Assembly: GCA_030390025.1 (NCBI GenBank) | Contig: JASTWF010000034.1 | Span: 186,001-250,000 of the forward strand | DNA from: Squalus acanthias | Lineage: Eukaryota | Direction of reading: 5' to 3' | Length of the DNA: 64,000 nucleotides | Shown: positions 22,923-33,652 of the stretch, piece by piece | How positions within the stretch are numbered: position 1 is the stretch's first letter | How the letters are laid out: each line of letters starts with the position of its first letter | The notes under the pieces: model-generated | Told to the model about the DNA's origin: nothing | Seen by the model: only the letters and a program-made list of their open reading frames with translations | Database searches by the model: none | Made by a program: the position numbers and the translations under genes

Positions 22923-25150
22923 AGAATCATAGAATGGTTACAGCACAGAAGGAGGCCATTCAGCCCGTCGAGCCCGTGCCGGCTCTCTGCAAGTGCACTT
23001 CAGCTAGTCCCACTCCCCGCCCTTTCCCCACAGCCCTGCAAATTCTGTAGTTCATCCATGCAGTCTTTGAATGTTTGCCATTGCCTATCCACCGTCAACC
23101 CTTTGAGTGACATTCCCCAATCAATCCTACCCAATTCGCGCCTCATACCATCGTAGTTTCCTTTATTTAAATTCAGGACCCTAGTCTCTGATTCAACTAC
23201 TTCACTCTCCATCCTAATGAAGAATTCTATCATATTATGATCACTCTGACCCAAGGGGCCTCGTACAACAAGATCGCTAATTAATCCTTATCGTTACATA
23301 ATACCCAGTCTAAGATGGCCTGATCTCTGGTTGGTTCCTCGACATATTGTTCCAGAAAACCATCCCGTAAACATTCTAGGAATTCCTCCTCCACAGTATT
23401 TTTACTCATTTGGTTAGCCCAATCTATATGTAAATTAAAGTCATCGATGATGACTGCTGTGCCCTTACTGCATGCTTCTCTAATTTCCCTTTTAATGCCG
23501 TCCCCAACCTTCGTATTACTGTTTGGAGGTCTATATACCACTCCCAACGTTTTCTGCCCCTTGTTATTTCTCAGTTCTAGCCATACAGATTCCGCATCAT
23601 CAGAGCGAATATCCTTCCTTTCAATTGTGTTAATCCCCTCTTTAACCAGCAATGCTACCCCACCTCCCTTTCTTTTTTGCCTATCTTTATTAAATATTGA
23701 ATAACCCTGGATTTTGAGTTCCCAGCCTTGGCCACCCTCGAGCCATGTTTCTGTAATCACAATCAAATCGTATTCATTTACCTCTATTTGTGCAGCTAAT
23801 TCATCCACCTTGTTCCGAATGCTCCTTGCATTAAGACACAAAGCCTGCAGGCTTGTTTTTTTAACACTCTCAGACCTATATGAATTATTATTTACTGTGA
23901 CCATGTTTGATTTAAACCGTTGAGTTCTTTGCCTTCTACTTTTGTTTTTCTCCTTCCTGTCTTTTGCTTTTATCCTTGTTTCCCTTTCCTCTGTCTCCCT
24001 GCTCAGGTTCCCAACCCCCTGCCACTTTAGTTTAAACCCTCCCCAACAGCACTAGCAAACACTCCCCCTAGGACATCGGTCCTGGCCCTGCCCAGGTGCA
24101 GACCGTCCCGTTTGTACTGGTCCCACCTCCCCCAGAACCGGTTCCAATGTCCAAGGAATTTGAATCCCTCCCCCTTGCACCATTCCTCTAGCCACGTATT
24201 CATTTGAAATATCCTCCTATTTCTACTCTTACTAGCACGTGGCACTGGTAGCAATCCTGAGATTACTACCTTTGAGGTCCTCTTTTTTAATTTACCTCCT
24301 AACTCCCTATATTCTGCTTTTAGGACCTCATCCCGTTTTTTACCTATATCGTTGATGCCTGTGTGCACCACGACAACTGGCTGTTCGCCCTCCCCCTCCA
24401 AAGTGTTCTGTAGCCGCTCCGAGACGTCCTTGACCCTTGCACCAGGGAGGCAACACACCATCCTGGAGTCTCGATTGCGGCTGCAGAAACGCCTATCTAT
24501 TCCCCTTACAATTGAATCCCCTATCACTATAGCTCTTCCACACTTTTTCCTCCCAGCCTGTGCAGCAGAGCCACCCATGGTGCCAGGAAGTTGGCTGCTG
24601 CCGCCTTCCCCTGATAAGTCATCCCCCCCAACAGCATCCAAAGTGGTATATCTGTTTGAGAGGGGGATGGCCACAGGGGACCCCTGCACTACCTGCCTGC
24701 ACCTCTTACTCTGCCTGGTGGTCACCCATTCACTTCCTGCCTGTACACCCTTTACCTGCGGTGTGACCAACTCACTAAACGTGTTATTCACGACGTTCTC
24801 AGCGTCGCGAATGCTCCAATATGCATCCATCCGCAGCTCCAGCGCCGTAATGCGGTCCGTCAGTAGCTGCAGCTGGATACATTTCCCACACACATGGTCG
24901 TCAGGGACACAGGAAGTGTCCCTGATTTCCCATATATTGCAGGAGGAGCATATCACGGCGCCGAGCTCTGCTGCCATGACTTACCCTTTAATTAATTAAT
25001 TAAAATTAAACTAATTGAATCCCACCAATTTCACTTCAATTAAATGATATACTCAAGGGCCCTTGCTTAACAGCAGTCCCCGCTACACCACAGAGACTCT
25101 AGAAACTATAAACCACAGAATTTAAGTATGGAAAAAAGGAGAAAAAGAGA
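22923..25150 (-). mobile_element. CR1 element with ORF1 and endonuclease; RT missing, joined directly to a 3' tail
   Basis: EN motifs LNARSI, ITETWL, YRPP, DFN, SDHN at 23904-23050; tail at 23045-22923. Confidence 0.85.
24027..24977 (-). CDS. CR1 ORF1 protein (Cys-rich finger, coiled coil, SGNH esterase), open 316 aa
   Basis: CSSC..CGKC, GDS(IVRG), H.G.ND and DGLH motifs. Confidence 0.85.
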   Translation of the reverse strand: MAAELGAVICSSCNIWEIRDTSCVPDDHVCGKCIQLQLLTDRITALELRMDAYWSIRDAENVVNNTFSELVTPQVKGVQAGSEWVTTRQSKRCRQVVQGSPVAIPLSNRYTTLDAVGGDDLSGEGGSSQLPGTMGGSAAQAGRKKCGRAIVIGDSIVRGIDRRFCSRNRDSRMVCCLPGARVKDVSERLQNTLEGEGEQPVVVVHTGINDIGKKRDEVLKAEYRELGGKLKKRTSKVVISGLLPVPRASKSRNRRIFQMNTWLEEWCKGEGFKFLGHWNRFWGRWDQYKRDGLHLGRARTDVLGGVFASAVGEGLN

Positions 25151-25159
25151 AATACTCAC

Positions 25160-25860
25160 CAACCATGCTAATCTCTTATGCGGGACCTTATCAAAAGCCT
25201 TTTGGAAGTCCAAATACACCACATCCACTGGTTCTCCCTTATCTATTTTACCAGTTACATCCTCAAAAAATTCCAGTAGATTAGTCAAGCATGATTTACC
25301 TTTTGTAAATCCATGTTGACTTTGTCCGATCCTGTCACTGTTTTCCAAGTGCTCTGCTATTACATCTTTTATAATGGACTCTAGCATTACTCAGCTCATC
25401 ATCCAATGTCATGTCCATCTGTTCTATCTCCCTGGTAAATACCGAAGCAAAATAATGATTTAATATTTCTGACATCTCCCTATCGTTACCTGTGGTATTG
25501 TCCTGTCTATCCATTAATGGCCCTATTCCCATCCCAACCTGCCTGTAAAACATTGCACTATTTTGCTTTATGTTCCTTGATAATTTAATTTCATAGTTCC
25601 TCTTTGCCTTTCTAATGATTTTTTTGACTTCTCTCCTAATCCCTTCATGTTCTCTCTTATCATGCAGTCCTCTGCTGTCTATGTACTTATTGTATGCCTC
25701 TTTCCTTACCCTCAATTGTTCCCTTATGGCTTTATTCATCCATCGAGACTCATTGTTGTTTAGTTTGTTCTTTCCTTTTAGCGGATATATTTTTCCTGCA
25801 CTCTGTTGAACACCGTTTGAAATATTTCCCATTGCTGTTCTACAGTCATTGTTTGCCAAT
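25160..25860 (-). mobile_element. Two CR1 ORF2 fragments
   Basis: QHGF..SCLTNL..DFQKAFDKV; IRKAKRNYE..YFASVFT. Confidence 0.75.
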
Positions 25861-25919
25861 ATTGTTGCCCACTTTATCTTCCCAAGTTCTATTCTCAGCC
25901 CCTCAAAATCAGCTTTTCT

Positions 25920-26140
25920 CCAAACTGTTAACTTTTAAATTCTCATCCTTGTTTTCAAATCCCTCCATGGCCTCAGCACTCCCTATCTCTGTAAGCACTT
26001 CCAGCTCTAGAATTCCCCGAGATATCTCTGTTCCCACAATTCTGGCCTCTTGCACATCCCCGATTCTAATCGCTCCACCATTGGCGGCCGTGCCTTCAGC
26101 TGCCGAGGCCCGAAGCCCTGGAATTCCCTCCCTAAACCTC
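25920..26140 (+). mobile_element. L2 3' fragment
   Basis: FKILILVFKSLHG..GGRAFS..WNSLP. Confidence 0.7.
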
Positions 26141-26269
26141 TGTCTCTTTATTCTTCGCCCTTCCCCCCATTTATTTACGCCTTCCTCTTTCCCGAGTTCC
26201 TCCTCTCTAACCCTCTGACTTTCCGCAGTCCGATTCCCGCTTTAATGATCATCAGTGAAATATAGTTGC

Positions 26270-26510
26270 ATAACTGTAATTGGGAGCGCGGCTCCGCTTT
26301 AAGAGCGCTGTCCCGCCTCCGCTCTCTCATTGGTTCCGGCGCCCAGCAGCGGCCCGACTCGACGGTCCGTCACAGCGGAATGATGCAATGACGCCGGGCG
26401 GGAGATTAACCGCACGGCTGTGCTCCGATTGGTTGGGGTGCGGCGGCGGTGGCGCTCAGCGATTGGTTGACCCGGCTGTCCGTCAGCTGGTCCGTCAGTT
26501 TCCAGTTTCC
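26270..26510. promoter_or_regulatory. Small CpG island with three ATTGG (CCAAT) boxes; no linked gene identified
   Basis: CpG-rich; CATTGGTT and GATTGGTT twice. Confidence 0.45.
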
Positions 26511-26519
26511 TGGCCCCAA

Positions 26520-28290
26520 CCGTCTCCTCTTCACTACGGATGTCCAATCCCTCTGCACCTCCATCCCCACCAGGATGGTCTGAGGGCGCTCAGCTTCTTC
26601 CTTGAACAGAGGCCCAACCAGTCCCCTTCCACCGCCACCCTCCTCCGCCTGGCTGAACTTGTTCTCACATTGAACAACTTCTCCTTTGACTCCACTCACT
26701 TCCTCCAAATCAAAGGTGTTGCTATGGGAACCCGCATGGGTCCTAGCTATGCCTGCCTTTTCGTGGGATATGTGGAACATTCTTTGTCCCAGTCCTACTC
26801 AGGTCCCCTCCCTCACCTCTTTTTCCGGTACATTGATGGCTGTATCGGTGCTGTTTCCTGCTCTCGCCCTGAACTAGAAAATTTCATTCACTTTGCTTCC
26901 AATTTCCACCCTTCCCTCACCTTCACATGGTTCATCTCCGACTCTTCCCTTCCCTTCCTCGACTTCTCCGTCTCCATCTCTGGGGATAGGTTATTGACAA
27001 ACGTTGACTACAAGCCCACTGACTCCCACAGCTACCTAAACTAGACTTCCTCCCACTCCGCTTCCTGTAAGGACTCTATTCCATTCTCCCAGTTTCTCAG
27101 TCTCCACCGCATCTGCTCTGTCGACGCCACCTTTCCATACTAGTGCTTCCGACATGTCTTCTTTTTCCTCAACCGAGGATTCCCCTCTACTGTGGTTGAC
27201 ACGGCATTTGACTGTGTCCATTCTATTTCCTGCACTTCTGCTCTCACCCCTTCCCCTCCCTCCCGGAACCACGATAGGGTTCCCCTTGTCCTCAGCTTTC
27301 ACCCCACCAGCCTCCACATTCAATGGATCATCCTCGCCATTTCCTCCACCTCCAGCATGATCCCACCATCAAACACATCTTCCACTCACCTTCCCTTTCA
27401 GAATTCCGAAGGGACCGCTCCCTCCGCGACACCTTGGTCCACTCCTCTATCACCCCCAACATCCCTTCCCCTTTGCCCAGCTCCTTCCCGTGCAAGCGCA
27501 GGAGATGCAACACCTGCCCTTTTACCTCCTCCCTTCCCACTGTCCAGGGCACCAAACACTCCTTCCAGGTGAAACAGCGATTTACTTGTACTTCTTGCAA
27601 TTTAGTATAATGTATTCACTGCTCACGATGCGGTCTCCTCTACATTGGGGAACACAAACGCAGATTGGGTGACTGCTTTGCGGAACACCTCCATTCAGGC
27701 CATGATCCCGAGCTTCCGGGCGCCTGTCACTTTAATTCTCCGCTCCACTCCCACTCTGACCTCTCTGTCCTCGGCCTCTTACACTGTTCCAATGAAGCTC
27801 AACGTAAGCTCGAGGAACAGCTCCTCATCTTTCGATTAGGCACTTTACAGCCTTCTGGACTCAACATCGAGTTCAACAATTTCAGACCATAACCTCTGCC
27901 CTCATCATTTTTTCTCTCGCTCACATGGCAGCTGTCGATCATTCTGCCATTGCCATTTACACTTCTTCTAGAGTCCTCTTTTGTTTCTTAATTTCTCCCA
28001 TTACCATCTCCTTTTGCCTTGCACCATCATCCCTTTTGTCTCTTAATCTCTCCTGCCTTCCATCCTATCACAGACCTTCCCTTTTGTTCTTTCCCCCCTC
28101 CCCCCTTTCACTGCCCCTACACTTGCTTAAAAACCTGTTCCATCTCCAACATTTTCCAGTTCTGACGAAGGGTCATTGACCTGAAACGTTAACTCTGTTT
28201 CTCTCTCCACAAATGCTGCCTGACCTGCTGAGTACTTCCAGCATTTTCTGTTTTTATTTCAGATTTACAGCATCCGCCGTATTTTGCTTT
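26520..28290 (+). mobile_element. Penelope-like element (RT + GIY-YIG), degenerate and 5'-truncated
   Basis: GVAMGTRMGPSYA, FRYIDG (from YIDD), YKPTD, YIGET..LGDCFAEHL, GLNIEFNNF*; terminal hammerhead. Confidence 0.9.
28158..28194 (+). ncRNA. Minimal hammerhead ribozyme in the Penelope 3' terminal repeat
   Basis: AGTT-CTGACGA-A-GGGTC att GACCT-GAAA-CG-TT-AACT. Confidence 0.75.
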
Positions 28291-28299
28291 TGTACTAAT

Positions 28300-30700
28300 A
28301 ATTGAAATTGGGTCGCCCGCCTCTGCCGGTCAGGTCGGATCCACGCTGATAGACGCACCTGGGGGAAAGGTGCGAGGGAGCGGGATGACAGTGGGTTCCC
28401 GACCCGCTCCAAGAAATAACAACTTTCCCACCCGACCCACCTCCGATCGCGCCCGCGACCACCCCAGAAAATGAGTATTTCCAGCATTTTCTGTTTAAAT
28501 TATTAGTAGCTTGTTGTCAGACCTTTAAGAGTGGGATTAACCTTACGTTTTAAATTGAAATGGATGGCCACGGGATACACGCTGCTCGGGAACCACGTCT
28601 GACAACCTGAGGCAGGAGTTCAGTGGTCATTGCTCCAGCTGATTACTTGCCAGCATCAAATGTAGCATAAAAACTCCCACCTGACAGATGATCACTTTCC
28701 GCAGCAGAAGCTGTTTCTCACTGCGTTCCCAGCACAGGTTCTGCAGGCTGCAGTCTTTCTGCAAAGTCTCCACCCAGTGTCACCTCACTGGAAGAACCTC
28801 TCCCACCATTGACAGATTGCTTCTGTCATCTCTACTTCACCTGCCATCTATTCCATCAGCATGGGTGCCGTTTATACTGTCTCACCTCGGTCCTCAGAAT
28901 CTGACCACGGTGAGCCCCAACACCAGCAGCACCAGGCACACCAGCAGCACCAACGACAACACCACCAACCTTCTCCTCAATCACTTGATGCTGCAGAGGA
29001 CAGAGCGCATCAACACCCGAGCACATTGCTGTCCGGCAGGCCAGGGATGGGCCTCACCATGGCCAGATTTACTTCACTTGACGCTGTACACCCTTCCAGC
29101 TGCCACATGATGCTCCAGGTTGGCACCACCTCACAGCAACACCGTAAACCATCCCTGCAATGACCAAGCCATTCCTTTCACACTCACCACCATTGCTGGA
29201 GGTACCGTTATGTCTCACCATTCACTGCAACTCATGAATCCACTTGCAAAGGTGTACACAGATCTGTCCAAGACCGGAAAGTGTTGAAAATATGAATTTT
29301 GATGTTTGACAGCACATTAACGGAAACTTTACATAAACATTCGATAAAACACCCAAGTGGCTACCCTTGTGAATTACACTTGTGCACGAAAGACTGATAC
29401 TTGGATGTTTTTAGTAATAACATGTATAAGTGTGAGTGTAGAATAGTGAACTTCACATTAACCCAATATCTATATTCAGTGTGACCTGTAATGACTTGTG
29501 CATAAATTGCTAAGGCTTGCTCAAAATGTAACTGCAAAGACAGCCAGGACTAGTCAAGACTGACTCTGATAACAGGCAGTATTGCAGCTTACGCAGCTTA
29601 TGAGGCCTTGTACTGCCTGTATCAGGGAAGCTAGAAATGAGAGAGATAAGGTAAATTCCAATGGGGTGAAGAACTATAAACAAGATGACGATGAACAGGG
29701 TAAAGTTGTAGGAAAAATACTGGAAAGGCGGGGCCAAGATGCTAAACTTAGTCTGAGTGACGATGGTATTGTGACCATTAGAAACAATTAAAATAGGTGA
29801 TTTTGTTAAAGACCATATATGGCCAATGCCCAAACGAACTTTTGATAAGAAATGGCTTAAAACCTGAAAACTCGAAAAACAACTTTACACAGACCGACAG
29901 CAAGAACAAAGGAACAGACTGGAGATGACGTCACCTATGTCCAAGAGGTTCCAGAGATCTTGTGTGTTGTTATTTGGTATGATTGTACTAGGATGCGGGT
30001 GAGTGTGAGGGGTGACTAGTGAGATGGGAATGTGATGTTGTAAATAGAAAGAGAGGGGTGGGTGGATGTGCAAGGTTTGTTGGTGTGAGTAAGAATGTGC
30101 AGGGGTAGGGTTGGGAAGGCAGAGTGATGGGGGTGTGATGAGAGGCACAGCAAGATGAAGGTGAGTGTGGCTTTGTACTCACGTTTCCTGATCTAATGAG
30201 ATCATTGAAATGTTTGCGGCACTGCACCCAGGTCTTCCTGACAACATCCCTGCTGGTGACCCCCTCTGCAATCTCCAACCAGGCTGTTTTGGTGTCCTGG
30301 GGAGGTCTCTTCCATCCATTGGAAGAGGAGAGGACCACCCTGCATGCTTTGACGCCCTTCATAATCATATATGGAGGGAGCCATCGTACAACCTGGGAGC
30401 AGCCCTCTGCCTCTGTGCAGTCATTGTCAGTGTTTGCAGAACTCCAATGCTGCAGTGCACCGGCAGCACTATGTTACATTGACATTCAAATCCTACGTGG
30501 CCATGGCACCTTTTAAGCTCCCGCTGAAAACGCGTCATCGATTACGTCAACAGACCAGACCCGCATCATTTAATTAGACCGGGTAACGCGCTGGGCGGGC
30601 TTAATAGGCCCTATTAACATAAAGTCATTTTCAGCAGCGGGGTCGTGACCCGTCATTGCCATCGCCCGCACCAGACCTGCCCAGGTAGGCACAATTCCGG
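28300..30700. mobile_element. Putative PIF/Harbinger DNA transposon relic with a Myb/SANT-like exon (about 30180-30370, minus)
   Basis: AWLEIAEGVTS..KTWVQCRKHFNDL followed by a GTGAGT donor; GC-rich ends; termini not convincingly matched. Confidence 0.5.
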
Positions 30701-31150
30701 CCGTGGTTTATACGGCCTTGAGGAGTCCATGGGCCATATGTATTTTCAATGTGAGAGGTTGCAGCCTCTGTATCGTTACCTGAAGTGGCAGCTCCTCAAC
30801 TTTTGATTACATTTTAGCCCCAGGCTCCTAATCTTTGGCCGCCTGGTGCAGAGTGGGGTGAGTGAGGCGGCAGATCTTCTCCTGGACCTGCTCTTGGGCT
30901 TGGCTGAATCAGCAATTTGTGGGTTCAGGGTAGGTGGGGCCCATGGGGTGCGAGGGTGTCTTTGGCTTCCAGCTCCTCTTCCGCGGTCTTGTCCGTGCCC
31001 AGGTGGCCCTGGAGAGGGAGCATACGGTGTCCACCGTTACGTACGATACCTTCCGTGACCGGAGGGCACCGCAGGTCAGTGAGGTGATAATCGATCCTCA
31101 CAATCACATTGTGATTTAATTATTGTTTGTGTGTGTGGCTGTATTGTACA
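30700..31150 (+). mobile_element. Tx1/L1-clade LINE ORF2 C-terminal fragment
   Basis: GLEESMGHMYFQC zinc-knuckle remnant, LHFSP.LLIFG, LLLGLA, VRAQVALEREH. Confidence 0.65.
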
Positions 31151-31159
31151 TACTTATTA

Positions 31160-31265
31160 GTGGAAAAACAACAGAAAATGCTGGAAACACTCAGCAGGTC
31201 AGGCAGGATAGGGGAGAAAGAAACACAGTCAACATTTCGGGTCGAGGGCCCTTTGTCAGAACTGT
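31160..31265 (-). mobile_element. Solo Penelope terminal fragment with mutated hammerhead
   Basis: Homologous to 21476-21575; core reads CTGACAA..GAAATG. Confidence 0.7.
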
Positions 31266-31469
31266 TACTGGAGATTTGTGGTGTGCTGGGACACTTGCCT
31301 TAATGGTTTATGTCCCCGTCTGCTGACACTGGGGCAACTTAATGTCACCCCGCTATAGGAAGTGAACAACAGCCCAATCTGAATATGTGAATGATCTCTT
31401 CACCAATTGGAGCTTTCAATGGCGGTGTATTTACCCAGGACCCCCCGCGCGACAGAAAGTGCCCTATCA

Positions 31470-32000
31470 ATGACTATAGGAGACCAGTGCGCAGCCGCGG
31501 GTCCGGGGAGTTGTCCGAGCATGCGCAGTGCGGGTGATGACGCCTGGGAGCAATGGCGGGTCAACAACAACAATCTGCAGAGAGAAGCAGAAACCGAACG
31601 GTTCAGGTCGATGACCTTCCTCAGAGCATTTCCTGTTGTACTAATGGCCGAACAAGCGATTCAAGAGAGGAGAGGAGATTGTTGGGGCCGGGGAGGAATA
31701 GGCGCCGCTGCTGGACTGGGAAGCTTATTAAACACCCGGCGTAGGCCTCAGGCCTGGAATAAAACCCGGCGGGCCCAGTGTTTGCGCCGCGGCGCCTGGC
31801 CCAGCCGCCGGGGTGAGCGGGGCGACTGTCCGCCACCTTGCTGAAGGCTTTCACCGCGGCTACAGGCCCGGGTTACCCCGGCAACCGGCCGCCATCTTGG
31901 TGAAGGTCGGCGGGACTAGTCCCCGCGCCGCCATCTTGGACAGTGCGGGGGTCAGGGCGCATGCGCGGCCCTCTCCCAGAGCAGCTGCAGCAGAAGCACT
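31470..32000 (+). promoter_or_regulatory. CpG-island promoter and exon 1 of ZNF gene 4
   Basis: NRF1 GCATGCGCA and GCGCATGCGC, two YY1 GCCGCCATCTTG, donor GG|GTGAGC near 31812. Confidence 0.65.
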
Positions 32001-32004
32001 TAAA

Positions 32005-32515
32005 CATTCGTTTATGTGATGTGGGCATCCCTGGCAAAAACCAGCATTTATTGCCCATCCCTAACTGCCCTTGAGAAGGTGGTGGTGAGCCACCTTCTTG
32101 AACCGCTGCAGTCCGTGTGGTGAAGGTACTCCCACAGTGCTGTTCGGGAGGGAGTTCCAGGATTTTGACCCAGCGATGATGAAGGATCGGCCGATATACT
32201 TCCAAATCAGGATGGTGCATGACTTGGAGGGGAACTTGGAGGTGGTGGTGTTCCCATGTGCCTGCTGCCCTTGTCCTTCTAGGTGGAAGAGGTCGCGGGT
32301 TTGGGAGGTGCTGCCGATGAAGCCTTGGCAAGTTGCTGCAGTGCATCTTGTCGATGGTACAAGCCACAGTACGCCGGTGGTGGAGGGAGTGAATGTTTTA
32401 GGTGGTGGATGGGGTGTCAATCATGCGGGCTGCTTTGTCCTGGATAGTGTCGAGCTTCTTGAGTGTTGTTGGAGCTGTACTCATCCAGGCAAGTGGAGAT
32501 TATTCCATCACACTC
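32005..32515 (-). mobile_element. 3' fragment of the 4780-5890 LINE family
   Basis: High similarity to 4790-5290. Confidence 0.85.
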
Positions 32516-32750
32516 ATCGCACACAGGGGCTGTAGAAATGGAGCCAAGCAGAGCAGAGGGTGGGAGAGGGGCAAAGATATGATGCAATGGGTAAGGATTT
32601 CACCACAGGGAGAGGGAGAGTGTGTGGGACAGGAATTTACAGCTTTTGGGGGAAACAAGTGAGGAAAGATTGTTCCATAGAAACTAGAATTGTCTTTTCT
32701 GAATTTCTGTCCTGTACTTAGTGATGACTTTTGTAATCTCCTTTTTTCAG

Positions 32751-33460
32751 GGTATTGGAAGGGGAGGATTTGCAGACCAGAAACTCAACCAAACATCACG
32801 CCAAGATCTGACAGAGTCACTCGATTCATCAGGACCTGAATATCATCGGCCTTTGAATGTGGAAGGAGAAATCTTTCTCTGTTCTTGTGTGTGGGAAAGG
32901 ATTTCAAACATCATGTGACTGAGAAAGCACCGAGACCCATTCACACTTGAGCGAGAGTGTTCCAGTGCACTGACTGGAGAGAGCTGTAACCATGTTACAC
33001 AGCCTGAAAAAACTTGGCACCATTCACAGTGGGGAGAAACCGTACACGTGTTCTGTGTGTGGACGAGGCTTCAACCGATCGTCCAAACAGGAGAGACAGA
33101 TGGACCTTGGAGAAACCGTGGGAATGTGGGGACTGTGAGAAGGGATTCAATTATCCGTCTGAGATGCAAATTCATCGGTGCAGTCATACTGGGGAGAGAC
33201 TGTTCTCCCGCTCCGTATGTGGGAAGGGATTCAGTCGGTCATCCATCCTGCTGAAACACCAGCGAGTTCACGCTGACGAGAGACTGTTCAGTCGCTTTCA
33301 CTGTGGGAAGAGATTCAGTCATCCCACCTCATTGAACACCAGCATGTTCACACTGGAGAGAATCCGTTCACCTGCTCCGTGTGTGCGAAGGGATTCACAA
33401 GGTCATCCAGTCTGCTGAAACACCAGCGAATTTACTCTGAAAGCAGCCCTTTTAAAAGTT
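32751..33460 (+). pseudogene. KRAB-less C2H2 zinc-finger gene 4, heavily disrupted
   Basis: Acceptor TTTTTTCAG| at 32750; same leader ([22 protein letters not shown]) as gene 3; frameshifts, lost Cys residues, MEKPW start mutated to TTG. Confidence 0.85.
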
Positions 33461-33652
33461 CTTGTAAGTATTGCTATGTATAGATTATTAAATAGAATAC
33501 ACTGGTTGACATATACAATTATTTCAATATTAAGCGAGAATAACTGGGGATTAAGTTAGTTTAAAACACACTCCAGATAGACACACATCTGCTGCCAAGC
33601 AGGGCTGAGTGTGAAGATTGAATTTAATGCCAGCAGCGAGTCTGGAGGACTG

